Sequence record: DRR723986_15960
Length of the DNA: 64,000 nt
Reading direction: 5' to 3' (one strand)
The notes beneath the pieces are model-generated. The model was given only the letters and a program-made list of their open reading frames with translations. It was not told where the DNA came from and searched no databases. Shown piece by piece: positions 37,863 through 48,239 of this stretch; the first letter of the stretch is position 1, and each line of letters starts with the position of its first letter. The translations under genes were made by a program, and so were the position numbers.

Positions 37863-39173
37863 TTAGTCTTGTTGACTATATTTATTTGAATAGCGTTTCC
37901 ATAGTTCAGTTTGATGGGTTTCTAAACTTATATTTCTACCATCAATAAATGCATGAGATACTTTATTTGTTCTCATGTCTAAGGCGTCTCCTTCACTTAT
38001 AAAAAGCGTTGCACTTTTGCCAACCTCTAAAGTTCCATACATGTCTTCTATACCTAATATTTTGGCTGCATTATGAGTGATTAGCTGCAGGGCTTGTTCT
38101 TTTGATAAGCCATATGCTACTGTAGTGCCAGCATAAAAAGGCAGATTTCTAGAATTCATTCGTTCCATTTGTCCACTAGGTTCTAATGCTACTAAAACGC
38201 CAGCGTCTACTAATTTCTTGGCTTGTTTAAATGTATAATCGTAATCATCATCTTCTAATTCAGGTCGTGTATGTACTCTTTGAAGAAATACAGAAACATT
38301 ATTTTGTTTTAAGAAATTAGCAACGTTACCTGCTTGATAACCACCTACAATAGTAATATTTAAAATACCTTGTGTTTTTGCAAAATTCACGGCGTCTGTA
38401 ATTCCTTTTTCGTCATCTACATTAATGTATAGGTGTTTAGAACCATCAAACAATCCAGCAAGAGCTTCAAAAGGTAAATGTAATTCATCCTTATCTCCAT
38501 TGTTATAAGATTTAGATTCATTAAAATAATCCTCTAATTCCTTCACTTGTTTTGCATAATTCTTATTTGGTTTAAGACCAGGGTCTTCACCTAGCCACCA
38601 ACGACCTCTACTAAAAGAATTAGGCCAATTTATATGAATACCATTATCCATTTTTATTGTAGCATCTTCCCAGTTCCAAGCATCATATTGAACAACAGAA
38701 GAGGTGCCTGTTATTCGGCCACCTCTAGGAACCACCTGACCAAGTAAGACACCGTTTGGTCTCATGGATTCAACTATTTTAGACTCTGCGTTATAGGCAA
38801 TTATACTTCTAATATGCGGATTAAAAGTACCCATTTCAGCCAAATCATTAGAGGCTTTAACAGCGTCCACTTCTACTAAACCTAATGTTCCGTTAGACAC
38901 TATAAATCCTGGATAAACATGTTTGCCTTTGGCATCAATAACCGTCATGCCATTCACATCGGTTTTACTCGTTGTAGCATCAGCTACCATTTTTAGTTTA
39001 CGGTTTTCCATAATTATAATGCTATTTTCAATAACATTACCATTGCCAATATGTGCCGTTGCACCTACAATTGCAATTGTTTTTGATTGCTCAGGTGCTG
39101 GTGTTTGTTGTGCAAAACTTGAAGTAACACACAGCATTAAAAGGACTATACTTATATTTTTAATTGTTTTCAT
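37863..39173 (-). CDS. Secreted amidohydrolase-fold protein lacking HxH
   Basis: Signal peptide, IDAKGKHVYPGFI, NAAKILG, GTLEVGKSAT; the HxH position reads SNG. Confidence 0.85.
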   Translation of the reverse strand: MKTIKNISIVLLMLCVTSSFAQQTPAPEQSKTIAIVGATAHIGNGNVIENSIIIMENRKLKMVADATTSKTDVNGMTVIDAKGKHVYPGFIVSNGTLGLVEVDAVKASNDLAEMGTFNPHIRSIIAYNAESKIVESMRPNGVLLGQVVPRGGRITGTSSVVQYDAWNWEDATIKMDNGIHINWPNSFSRGRWWLGEDPGLKPNKNYAKQVKELEDYFNESKSYNNGDKDELHLPFEALAGLFDGSKHLYINVDDEKGITDAVNFAKTQGILNITIVGGYQAGNVANFLKQNNVSVFLQRVHTRPELEDDDYDYTFKQAKKLVDAGVLVALEPSGQMERMNSRNLPFYAGTTVAYGLSKEQALQLITHNAAKILGIEDMYGTLEVGKSATLFISEGDALDMRTNKVSHAFIDGRNISLETHQTELWKRYSNKYSQQD

Positions 39174-39184
39174 TTTGATCAATT

Positions 39185-42175
39185 TTAATGTTGATGTGTT
39201 GAGTGCTCTCCATCCATGGAATCACAATGCAATAATACTTTTTCTTTTTTCTTAACTGGTTGAGTTTTTAATCCTTTGTTTTTATCTTGAAGCATTAGAT
39301 TTACATGCTCGCTTTTTTCTTTTTTAATTGCCTCTCGCATTTGAGCATCACGCTGAATGTCAAAATAAGTTACACCTTCAATAATTGTTTTTTCAGCTTT
39401 AGCATACACAGAAAGCGGATGGTCTGACCATAGTACTATATCAGCATCCTTTCCAACTTTTATACTACCTACACGGTCATCTAGATGAAGAAGTTTTGCA
39501 GGGTTTAATGTTACAAATTTTAACGCCTCTTCTTCGCTAATGTCACCATATTTCACTGCTTTTGCAGCTTCTTGGTTTAATCGTCTAGACATTTCAGCAT
39601 CATCACTATTTATTGCTACAGTAACACCAGCATTATGCATAATAGCTGCGTTATAAGGTATAGCATCATTAACTTCGTATTTGTAAGCCCACCAATCACT
39701 AAATGTAGATCCTCCAACACCATGATCTTTCATTTTATCAGCTACTTTATATCCTTCAAGAATATGTGTGAATGTGTTAATATTAAAGTTGAATTGCTCG
39801 GCAACTTTCATAAGCATGTTAATCTCACTTTGTACATAAGAGTGACAAGAGATAAAACGTTCTTTATTAAGAATCTCAGCTAATACTTCCATTTCCGCAT
39901 CTTTACGATATGGTTTGCCACTTTTCTTTAATTGGTCATAAGCCTTAGCTCTCGTAAAATAGTCTACAAATACTTGTTCTACACCCATACGAGATTGTGG
40001 GAATCTTGCATTTACTCTGCTACGAGATTGTTTCACATTTTCACCAAGAGCGAATTTTATAAATTTAGGTGTATTATCATAAACCAAGTCATCAGCAGCT
40101 TCACCCCATTTAAGTTTTATAATGGCTGAACGTCCACCAATAGGATTTGCAGATCCATGTAAAATCTGAATAGATGTAACACCACCTGCAAGATTGCGAT
40201 ATATATCTATATCTTCATCATCGAGTACATCTTCTATAGTGACTTCTGCAGATGAATTTTGTCCTCCCTCATTAATTGAGGCAGCTGCAATATGAGAATG
40301 TTCATCTATAATACCTGCTGTAATATGTTTACCTGTTGCGTCAATAACTTTAGCATTTCTATCAGATAAATTTTTGCCAATTTTTGAAATTTTCCCGTCT
40401 TTAATGAATACGTCAGTATTTTCTAAAACACCATCTTTTTCATTAGTCCAGACTGTAGCATTTTTAAACAATAAGGTCTCAGATTTTGGTTTTTCAGTAA
40501 AACCATATGCAAGATTTGGATAAGTCACAGGGCTCATGTAAGTCTCGTTAGCCTTGCCATTCATTTTCTTTTTACTGTCTTTAGCGTTCTCATCAGAATC
40601 CTTCATCATTTTATTTGCATAAAATGTCATCTTATTACCGTTAGGCATAGTAGCATTGCCATTAAGGCTATTATTATTTGCTGTATTAGCGACGATTCTT
40701 ATATATTCTTTTTTGGTACTATCAGCCGTTTTAAAAGTGAGATTAATCCAGTCATCCATATAGCTCATTTTTGTACCAAGACTCTTGTCACCTAAAACTA
40801 GAGATGCGTTTGGCTTACTTGTACTACCAGAAATTGATAACTTATAATCATTACCTGCTAGTTTAAAATTATAATCACCATCTATATCTTTTATATTCAT
40901 GTTAGTAATAACATGCGGTGTACCTTGCACCCAATTTTCAAACAATTTTGTTTTCTTATCGAAAACATCACCACTTGTAATTAAGAAGTTAGCATAACTT
41001 CCTTTGTTAAGAGTACCAAGAACATCAGACTTTCCGAGTAATCCTGCTGGTATTGTAGTTAACGCTTCTAAAGCATATTCTTTTGAGAGTCCGCTTTCAA
41101 TGGCTTTCATTAAGTTAGACTTAAAAGATTTTGGAGACTTTAATCCATGAGTAGTAAGCGCAAATCTAATACCATTTTCTGCTAATAATCTTGGGTTATG
41201 AGGTTCTTGATTCCAAGATCTCATATCGCTTAATGATAATGTGCTAGCTAAGAACGGATTATCAACATCGTAAGCTAATTGAAAATTGATAGGTAAAATT
41301 ACGGTTGCATTGGTGTTTTTAACTTCGTTGATTCTTTCATATTCATCACCACCACCAACAATTGTATATTGAATATTAAATGCATCACCTACTTTATCTG
41401 CTCGCATTAGATTAGCTCTACTTCCAGCTTCAAAAATCTGTAGTAAATTCTTATTTGCATTCAAGGCTTCTAATGAAAGGTCTTTAGTGTCTACATTGCC
41501 ATCTGCATACCATTTGGCATCATTATACATTTGTCTTAATAATGCCATACTTCCCATTATAGACGACGGATAAGATTGACGAGATCTTACACTTTTACTG
41601 AATGATAAATGTTGCGAGGTCTCACCATCTACAACACGCATAGAATTATCTGCGTTGTTATTTAATGCTATTAAGGCTCCAGTACCGCGAACAATACCAT
41701 CTGGCATATGTGTGTTTACAACACCAAAACCAAGTTTATGCATTTCAGATGCTGTTTTAGCATCATAAGCAAAACTTGCCATAACATCTTGTTCTGGCAT
41801 AACGTGATCATTCCAATAGAAACCGCTTCTGTTTGGTCCGTATTGTGGTCCATTACCTCCACGTTTGGGTTTTTTTACACCAAAAGTAGTATAGATATCA
41901 ATAAAGGATGGATAAATAGTTTTTCCTGTAAGATTAATTTTTGTTGTGTTCTTAGGAATATTTACTGATTTACCAACATCTACAACTTTACCCTCTTTAA
42001 TAAGTAGGGTTCCGTTTTCAATAATTTCTGTAGGAGATACATAGATCGTAACATTTGTAAATGCCGTGTAGTTAGAATTATTTGCTATGACACCTGTGTT
42101 ACTAGGAAAATAGTCTTGCGCAAATAACGAAAAACTGCACATAAATATGAGCAGCCGTAAATACGATTTAATCAT
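39185..42175 (-). CDS. Secreted double-domain amidohydrolase
   Basis: Domain 1 YPSFIDIYT (degenerate); domain 2 GIIDEHSH, KFALGEN, CHSY, THILE, NSDD. Confidence 0.88.
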   Translation of the reverse strand: MIKSYLRLLIFMCSFSLFAQDYFPSNTGVIANNSNYTAFTNVTIYVSPTEIIENGTLLIKEGKVVDVGKSVNIPKNTTKINLTGKTIYPSFIDIYTTFGVKKPKRGGNGPQYGPNRSGFYWNDHVMPEQDVMASFAYDAKTASEMHKLGFGVVNTHMPDGIVRGTGALIALNNNADNSMRVVDGETSQHLSFSKSVRSRQSYPSSIMGSMALLRQMYNDAKWYADGNVDTKDLSLEALNANKNLLQIFEAGSRANLMRADKVGDAFNIQYTIVGGGDEYERINEVKNTNATVILPINFQLAYDVDNPFLASTLSLSDMRSWNQEPHNPRLLAENGIRFALTTHGLKSPKSFKSNLMKAIESGLSKEYALEALTTIPAGLLGKSDVLGTLNKGSYANFLITSGDVFDKKTKLFENWVQGTPHVITNMNIKDIDGDYNFKLAGNDYKLSISGSTSKPNASLVLGDKSLGTKMSYMDDWINLTFKTADSTKKEYIRIVANTANNNSLNGNATMPNGNKMTFYANKMMKDSDENAKDSKKKMNGKANETYMSPVTYPNLAYGFTEKPKSETLLFKNATVWTNEKDGVLENTDVFIKDGKISKIGKNLSDRNAKVIDATGKHITAGIIDEHSHIAAASINEGGQNSSAEVTIEDVLDDEDIDIYRNLAGGVTSIQILHGSANPIGGRSAIIKLKWGEAADDLVYDNTPKFIKFALGENVKQSRSRVNARFPQSRMGVEQVFVDYFTRAKAYDQLKKSGKPYRKDAEMEVLAEILNKERFISCHSYVQSEINMLMKVAEQFNFNINTFTHILEGYKVADKMKDHGVGGSTFSDWWAYKYEVNDAIPYNAAIMHNAGVTVAINSDDAEMSRRLNQEAAKAVKYGDISEEEALKFVTLNPAKLLHLDDRVGSIKVGKDADIVLWSDHPLSVYAKAEKTIIEGVTYFDIQRDAQMREAIKKEKSEHVNLMLQDKNKGLKTQPVKKKEKVLLHCDSMDGEHSTHQH

Positions 42176-42256
42176 AAAATTGGTTAGTTAAATTAGAAAT
42201 CTAAAGATAATGATATAAGCCAATTATTTTCTTTTCTTAAGAATTTTTAACGTTTT

Positions 42257-43324
42257 TTAAAGTGGTTTGTGGTCATAATAATTCACCAATAAGGCAACTA
42301 CATAGCTATAGCTTTTCATACCTGCAGATTGGTTATTGGCTTTTAAAAAACTATCAAATGTTTTTTCAAAAATGGGTTCTAAAGGGTTTTCGTAGGACAT
42401 CCAAAACGATTGTACTTCTTGATAATTTTTAATGACACCCTTGTTGACAGTAAGAATAATGTTATTGTAAATTTCTGGATCACGTCTAAATAATTCTGCC
42501 AAACAATATCGCAATGCAAATGTGTATCCCGAATATTGAAAATAAATATCACTGTTATGAATTGCGGCTAAACTGCCTATAAAGTTTGCTTCATTTTCTG
42601 CTGCGTAGCCTAATTGATGTGCGGCTTCATGACAGCTCGTAGTTGGGAATTTATAGGTTGGTATTAATCCATCTACTTGTGCTTCATTTGTAAATGGGTT
42701 TAGGTAGCCAGAAAAACCCATATAAGTAAGAGGCACACTGTAAATAGATTTTTTAATACTTTGTGGGTTATAAGCCAAATGCGGAAAAGTTTCAGATAGA
42801 GTAGAGTATCCATCTTTTACTTTTTTGAAAATTTCAGTCTTGCTATATGGTATAGTAACTTTTACTGTGTCATTATCTGAAAGCTGATTATGAATAGTAT
42901 TTGATTTCTTAATAAGTTTTTCAGTAAACGAAACCAATTGTTCGGTAGAATATTCTGCTTCAATATTCAAAGATTTGTATAACGGTTGCCTGTAGTAATT
43001 AAATGCCCAAAGTATATGAAATGCAAAGTAAGCAATAGAAAGTGTTACAGTAATATCTAAAAGCCAACGCATAGTGTCTTTTAGCATTCGTTTTCTATTA
43101 ATTATTAACCATCTAATAATATAAATACTGGCTAACGTGTAGAGTATATCCCCAACAGAAAAAGGAATCCAACCAAATACATAACGCATTAATTTAGAAA
43201 TAGGAATGTAAATTCCATTACTGTAGTAGTCTTCAATAAATTCTGGGAAATGTTTTAAAATAGATATGACAATAATCTGAATTCCCAGAAATATAACAAG
43301 ACCTACTTTAGTGTTTATGCGCAT
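42257..43324 (-). CDS. DUF3810 membrane-anchored putative zinc peptidase
   Basis: GYLNPFTNEAQ, CHEAAHQ.G.A.E.EANF. Confidence 0.85.
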   Translation of the reverse strand: MRINTKVGLVIFLGIQIIVISILKHFPEFIEDYYSNGIYIPISKLMRYVFGWIPFSVGDILYTLASIYIIRWLIINRKRMLKDTMRWLLDITVTLSIAYFAFHILWAFNYYRQPLYKSLNIEAEYSTEQLVSFTEKLIKKSNTIHNQLSDNDTVKVTIPYSKTEIFKKVKDGYSTLSETFPHLAYNPQSIKKSIYSVPLTYMGFSGYLNPFTNEAQVDGLIPTYKFPTTSCHEAAHQLGYAAENEANFIGSLAAIHNSDIYFQYSGYTFALRYCLAELFRRDPEIYNNIILTVNKGVIKNYQEVQSFWMSYENPLEPIFEKTFDSFLKANNQSAGMKSYSYVVALLVNYYDHKPL

Positions 43325-43422
43325 CTTTCAAAAATAGAAAATTTTGGTGGTTGTTGCTTTAATAAACCATCTAAAAAAGAAACTCTTTTTTGTACCTTTA
43401 CAAACCTTTAAAATAAAGATAA

Positions 43423-44886
43423 ATGAGTGTAGAAATAAGACAATTAGAACCTAAAGCGTTATGGAATAAATTTGCAGATTTAAATGCTGTTCCAAGACCT
43501 TCTAAGAAAGAAGAACGTGTCATAAAATTCATGAAAGATTTTGGGCAGAATTTAGGTTTAGAAACCATAGAAGATGAGGTGGGTAATGTTATCATCCGTA
43601 AACCTGCAACACTAGGTATGGAAGATAGAAAAGCAATAGTAATGCAATCCCATTTAGATATGGTACACCAAAAAAACAACGATACTCAGTTTGATTTTGA
43701 TACACAGGGTATAGACATGTATGTTGATGGTGATTGGGTTAAAGCTAAGGGCACAACCTTAGGTGCTGACAATGGCTTAGGAGTAGCTACTATTATGGCT
43801 ATTTTAGAGAGTGATACGATAGCTCATCCTGCATTAGAAGCATTATTTACTATTGATGAAGAAACAGGTATGACAGGTGCAAAAGGATTAAAAGGTGGAT
43901 TGTTACAAGGTGAAATTCTTCTAAATTTAGATACCGAAGAAGATGATGAAATAGGAGTTGGTTGTGCTGGTGGAGTAGACGTTACAGCAACACGTACCTA
44001 TAATGAAGAAGCTAACGCAGAGATCAAACTAGGTTTTGCTATTGATGTAAAAGGGTTACAAGGCGGCCATTCTGGCATGCAAATACATGAAGGATTAGGT
44101 AATGCTAATAAGCTTATGAACAGACTTTTGTTTGATGGGTTTGAAAATTATGGATTACGAATCTCTGAAATTGATGGTGGAAGTCTAAGAAATGCAATAC
44201 CGAGAGAAAGTAAAGCCTTAGTTGCAATTGATGCAGTGCACGAAGCCAAGTTTATTAGTGAAATGAAGTCGATTTCTAATGTTATAAAGACTGAGTTTAA
44301 GACCATGGAACCAGATTTAGAAATACTTATTACTAAAACTGAAACACCAGAGAAAGTAATGGAACTTGGAGTACAAGAAGGGTTGACAAGAGCCTTATAT
44401 GCAGCTTGTAATGGTGTTTATAGAATGAGTCCAGATATACCAGACTTAGTAGAAACCTCTAACAATATAGCACGAGTTATCGTAAAAGATGGCCATATAA
44501 AAATTGGATGTTTAACACGTAGTTCGGTAGAAAGTACCAAACTAGATTTAGCTAACACCTTGCGAGCAACCTTTGAATTGACAGGTTGTGAAGTTGAATT
44601 CTCAGGCGATTATACAGGTTGGGCGCCAAATATGGATTCTGCTATTTTAAAAGTTATGGTGCCAATTTATGAGCGATTAAATAATGGTGAAAAACCACAT
44701 GTTGCAGCGTGCCATGCGGGTTTAGAGTGTGGTATTTTAGGTACTAATTACCCAGAGATGGATATGATTAGTTTTGGCCCAAATATTAAAGGTGCACATT
44801 CACCAGATGAACGTGCACAGATTTCATCCGCGCAAAAGTATTGGGAGTTTGTGTTGGAAATATTGAAACATATACCAAAGGCATAA
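43423..44886 (+). CDS. pepD: Aminoacyl-histidine dipeptidase
   Basis: QSHLDMV, LGADNG, DEETG, NLDTE, GGHSG, HAGLECG, HSPDE. Confidence 0.95.
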   Translation: MSVEIRQLEPKALWNKFADLNAVPRPSKKEERVIKFMKDFGQNLGLETIEDEVGNVIIRKPATLGMEDRKAIVMQSHLDMVHQKNNDTQFDFDTQGIDMYVDGDWVKAKGTTLGADNGLGVATIMAILESDTIAHPALEALFTIDEETGMTGAKGLKGGLLQGEILLNLDTEEDDEIGVGCAGGVDVTATRTYNEEANAEIKLGFAIDVKGLQGGHSGMQIHEGLGNANKLMNRLLFDGFENYGLRISEIDGGSLRNAIPRESKALVAIDAVHEAKFISEMKSISNVIKTEFKTMEPDLEILITKTETPEKVMELGVQEGLTRALYAACNGVYRMSPDIPDLVETSNNIARVIVKDGHIKIGCLTRSSVESTKLDLANTLRATFELTGCEVEFSGDYTGWAPNMDSAILKVMVPIYERLNNGEKPHVAACHAGLECGILGTNYPEMDMISFGPNIKGAHSPDERAQISSAQKYWEFVLEILKHIPKA

Positions 44887-44897
44887 TAAATATTTGT

Positions 44898-44932
44898 ATA
44901 AAAAAGGCAGCTGTTTAAGCTGCCTTTTTTAT
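44898..44932. terminator. Bidirectional terminator
   Basis: ATAAAAAAGGCAGCT/AGCTGCCTTTTTTAT. Confidence 0.88.
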
Positions 44933-44949
44933 GATTATTATTGAGAGAG

Positions 44950-46110
44950 TTACTCTTTAATACTTGTAAGTTGAATATCAAAAATAAGATTTGATTTACC
45001 AGGAATAACAGGGGGTCTTCCTGCCTCACCATAGCCTAAATAGTAAGGGATAAATACTCTAGCTCTATCACCAATTTTCATCTTTAACATTGCTTCTCTA
45101 AAACCAGGTACCAAATTGGCGGTTTCGTTATAAGGCATATCAAACGGTGCGTAACCGCCTTGTTGTTCTTGTCTTTCGTCGTATTTTCCATTTTTTTCTG
45201 CAACTTCTTTCCAAGTTGTCCAGAAAAGTGTACCATCTTCAAAATACCCAGCACAATCAATATTTACACGCTGTGCTGAAGTAGGTGTAACACCATCACT
45301 TTCATTTGTAAAAATCATCGCCATACCTGTTGGTGATTCTATTCGACGACCATCCAACTCTTCATTTTTCTTTAAGAAATCTACCTTTGCGAGTTGTGCT
45401 AATTCTTCAGCTTTTTTACGAGCTTCTTCCTTTAGTTTTTCTTTCTTCTTTTTAATTTTTGGCATTTCTTCTTCAAAAACTTTTGGTGCATTAAACGCTT
45501 TAGCATCAGCTCCTTTTCTAATGATATTAATTGTAGTTATTACAACGTCTTCGACTGGCTTATGATTTCTAGCCTGTGGGTTAATAACTTTTACATTTGA
45601 AATAGAGTCATGAACTTCCATACCTTCTATAACTTGCCCAAAAACAGCATGTCTGTTATCTAAACTTGGCCATGGTGCTTCCATAATAAAGAATTGACTT
45701 CCATTTGCATCACGTCCTGGATTTGCCATTGATAGTACACCTGGTTTATCGTGTTTTAATTCTGGATGAAACTCATCTGGGAATTTGTAACCCGGAGTAC
45801 CTGAACCTGTTGCCGTAGGATCTCCTCCTTGTATCATAAATTTATCCATAACACGGTGAAAAGTTATGCCATCGTAAAATGGTTTGCCTTTATATTCGTC
45901 ACTAACCAACGGGTGGTTTCCTTCGGCAAGAGCCACAAAATTTGCCACTGTAACAGGTACTTTGTCATAGTAAAGTTCTGCAATCATGTTTCCCTTTGAG
46001 GTTACGAATTCTGCATATAGACCATCATCTAATTTTGGATACTGTTCCTGGCAAGAAATGTTAGCCAGTACTAATAAAATTACAAATGCTGTAAGCGCTT
46101 TTTTAATCAT
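44950..46110 (-). CDS. Cyclophilin-FKBP fusion peptidyl-prolyl isomerase, lipoprotein
   Basis: Lipobox NISC; FHRV..FMIQGGD, SMAN, GSQFF; C-terminal PGFREA..GYG..IP..LIF. Confidence 0.92.
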   Translation of the reverse strand: MIKKALTAFVILLVLANISCQEQYPKLDDGLYAEFVTSKGNMIAELYYDKVPVTVANFVALAEGNHPLVSDEYKGKPFYDGITFHRVMDKFMIQGGDPTATGSGTPGYKFPDEFHPELKHDKPGVLSMANPGRDANGSQFFIMEAPWPSLDNRHAVFGQVIEGMEVHDSISNVKVINPQARNHKPVEDVVITTINIIRKGADAKAFNAPKVFEEEMPKIKKKKEKLKEEARKKAEELAQLAKVDFLKKNEELDGRRIESPTGMAMIFTNESDGVTPTSAQRVNIDCAGYFEDGTLFWTTWKEVAEKNGKYDERQEQQGGYAPFDMPYNETANLVPGFREAMLKMKIGDRARVFIPYYLGYGEAGRPPVIPGKSNLIFDIQLTSIKE

Positions 46111-46636
46111 TTTTTTGAGTTATTGTATTTAATGTTACTTCACAAATTAAAGGAATATTAGTTCCTATTTTATTATCATCTCCATAATAGCCAAAAGCTT
46201 TTTGGGATGGAAATATAAATGTTACCTGATCACCTGGTTTCATTAATTTTAAACCTTCACGTAATCCTGTGAATAATTCTTCTTTATCCATCACGTAAGT
46301 TTTATTTGTGTTGGCATAAATTTCGGTTCCGTTAAGATCAGAAATATTGTAGTTAAAATTAACTAAATCGCCAAATTGAGGTGTCATATTTTCTGTTCCT
46401 GCTTGTATATTGTAGTAATACCAAAATCCACTTTCGGAAGCTATATACGAATGTTCAGGATTGTTATTAATTATCTTTTGAATCTGAGCTGTTTCTTTTT
46501 GATTAAGTTTTCTGTTTCGTTCTGCAGATTCTTTTAAGAAAGATCCAGACTGCACAGACTCTGGCATTCTTGCTTCTGGCGACTTACAACTTGTGATGCA
46601 AAGTGTCAAAACGATTATGAGATATAGGTACTTCAT
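46103..46636 (-). CDS. gldI: Gliding motility FKBP-type lipoprotein GldI
   Basis: ITSC..PEAR.P..SG.FLKES.ERN, SGFWYYY, KAFGYYGD. Confidence 0.9.
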   Translation of the reverse strand: MKYLYLIIVLTLCITSCKSPEARMPESVQSGSFLKESAERNRKLNQKETAQIQKIINNNPEHSYIASESGFWYYYNIQAGTENMTPQFGDLVNFNYNISDLNGTEIYANTNKTYVMDKEELFTGLREGLKLMKPGDQVTFIFPSQKAFGYYGDDNKIGTNIPLICEVTLNTITQKND

Positions 46637-47655
46637 TATTGGGACAATTCATTTTTATATTGTGGTAATATACTAATAAATTTATCAATGGTAGATTGTA
46701 AATCACTCTCGCTACGACCACCAGCCGCATTGGTATGACCACCACCATTAAAGTGTGCTCTTGAGAATTCATTCACAGAAAACGTGCCTTTACTTCGTAA
46801 TGATATCTTTATAATGTCATCCTGATGATTTTCTATAAAAATGGCAGCAAAGATGATATCTTGCACAGATAAGGCATAGTTCACAAAGCCTTCAGTATCT
46901 CCTTTTTTAAAGTTAAATTCGTCTAATTCTGCTTGACTTAGCGTTATGTATGCCGTTCTTAATTCTGGTATCACCTTTAAATTCTGCAATGCTCTTCCTA
47001 AGAGTTGTAAACGACTAAAACTATTAGTGTCGTATACATTATTATGAATTTGAGAATTGTTTACTCCCTTATCTATTAAATCACCTATAACTTGATGCGT
47101 TCTGCTGGTTGTAGCTGGGAAGCGGAATGAACCTGTATCTGTCATAATACCAACATAGAGACAAGTCGCTATATCTGCGTTTATTTTTTCTAAATCATCA
47201 AGCATTTCAATAAAATTATACACCATCTCACAAGTAGATGACATACTTACATCAGAGTATGTATATTTTGCATAATCATCTGGTTGCTGATGATGATCTA
47301 TCATTATTTTGGTACAATCGTTAGCCTTTATGGTGTTACCCAATTGTTCACCAGCTCTGTGCATAGCATTAAAGTCTAATGTAAAAATTATTTCAGCTTG
47401 TTCTATAATGGCATCACATTCTAATTGTTGGCTGTCGTATTTTAAAACTGTATCCTCTTCTGGTAACCATTTTAAAAAATCCGGATAATCATTTGGAGCT
47501 ATAATTAAGGCATTATGATTGTAACTTTTTAAATAGTGATAGAGCGCTAAGGTTGAACCCATAGCATCACCATCTGGATTTTTATGAGGAACAATTACAA
47601 TTGACTTTGGAGTACTTAGAAGTGATTTTATTTCTGAAATTTGTGCTTTAATCAT
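46636..47655 (-). CDS. nrnA: DHH/DHHA1 phosphoesterase (NrnA-like)
   Basis: H.NPDGDA, DHH, TDTG, GGGHTNAAG. Confidence 0.88.
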   Translation of the reverse strand: MIKAQISEIKSLLSTPKSIVIVPHKNPDGDAMGSTLALYHYLKSYNHNALIIAPNDYPDFLKWLPEEDTVLKYDSQQLECDAIIEQAEIIFTLDFNAMHRAGEQLGNTIKANDCTKIMIDHHQQPDDYAKYTYSDVSMSSTCEMVYNFIEMLDDLEKINADIATCLYVGIMTDTGSFRFPATTSRTHQVIGDLIDKGVNNSQIHNNVYDTNSFSRLQLLGRALQNLKVIPELRTAYITLSQAELDEFNFKKGDTEGFVNYALSVQDIIFAAIFIENHQDDIIKISLRSKGTFSVNEFSRAHFNGGGHTNAAGGRSESDLQSTIDKFISILPQYKNELSQ

Positions 47656-47714
47656 AGTTGACGAAGATACAATTTTTTAATATTTGGAGTACTTGATTAA
47701 TTAAAGAAATACAT

Positions 47715-47722
47715 TACTTTTG
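47715..47722 (+). promoter_or_regulatory. -7 element of ndk
   Basis: TACTTTTG. Confidence 0.6.
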
Positions 47723-47744
47723 CACCACATTTAAAAAAATATAC

Positions 47745-48164
47745 ATGGCAACTAACAGAACATTTACAATGTTAAAGCCAGATGCTGTTGAAAAAGGACA
47801 CATTGGCGCAATATTAGAAAAGATTACAGCTTCAGGATTTAGAATCGTAGCAATGAAGTTAACACAAATGACTACTGCAGATGCAGAAGAATTTTACGGA
47901 ATTCACAAAGAGCGTCCATTCTTTGGTGAGTTAGTAGAATATATGACACGTGGACCAATCGTTGCAGCAATCCTAGAAAAAGATAACGCTGTTGAAGATT
48001 TTAGAACTTTAATAGGTGCTACTAATCCTGCCGATGCAGCAGAAGGTACTATTCGTAAATTATATGCAGCTTCTATCGGTGAGAATGCAGTTCACGGAAG
48101 TGATAGTGATGAAAATGCGGCTATTGAAGGTGCATTTCATTTTTCTGGTAGAGAAATGTTTTAA
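47745..48164 (+). CDS. ndk: Nucleoside diphosphate kinase
   Basis: [21 protein letters not shown]. Confidence 0.98.
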   Translation: MATNRTFTMLKPDAVEKGHIGAILEKITASGFRIVAMKLTQMTTADAEEFYGIHKERPFFGELVEYMTRGPIVAAILEKDNAVEDFRTLIGATNPADAAEGTIRKLYAASIGENAVHGSDSDENAAIEGAFHFSGREMF

Positions 48165-48187
48165 TAAGACATTACATTATGATAAAA

Positions 48188-48213
48188 AAAGACCATCCAA
48201 ACGGATGGTCTTT
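48188..48213. terminator. Terminator between ndk and the convergent gene
   Basis: AAAGACCATCC/GGATGGTCTTT. Confidence 0.82.
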
Positions 48214-48239
48214 GTTTATTCATATTAATTGTGAAGGTA

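Noticed and set aside
42230-42262. TTAA repeated at 10-bp period upstream of the amidohydrolase operon
   Set aside because: Too low in complexity to call an operator in AT-rich DNA
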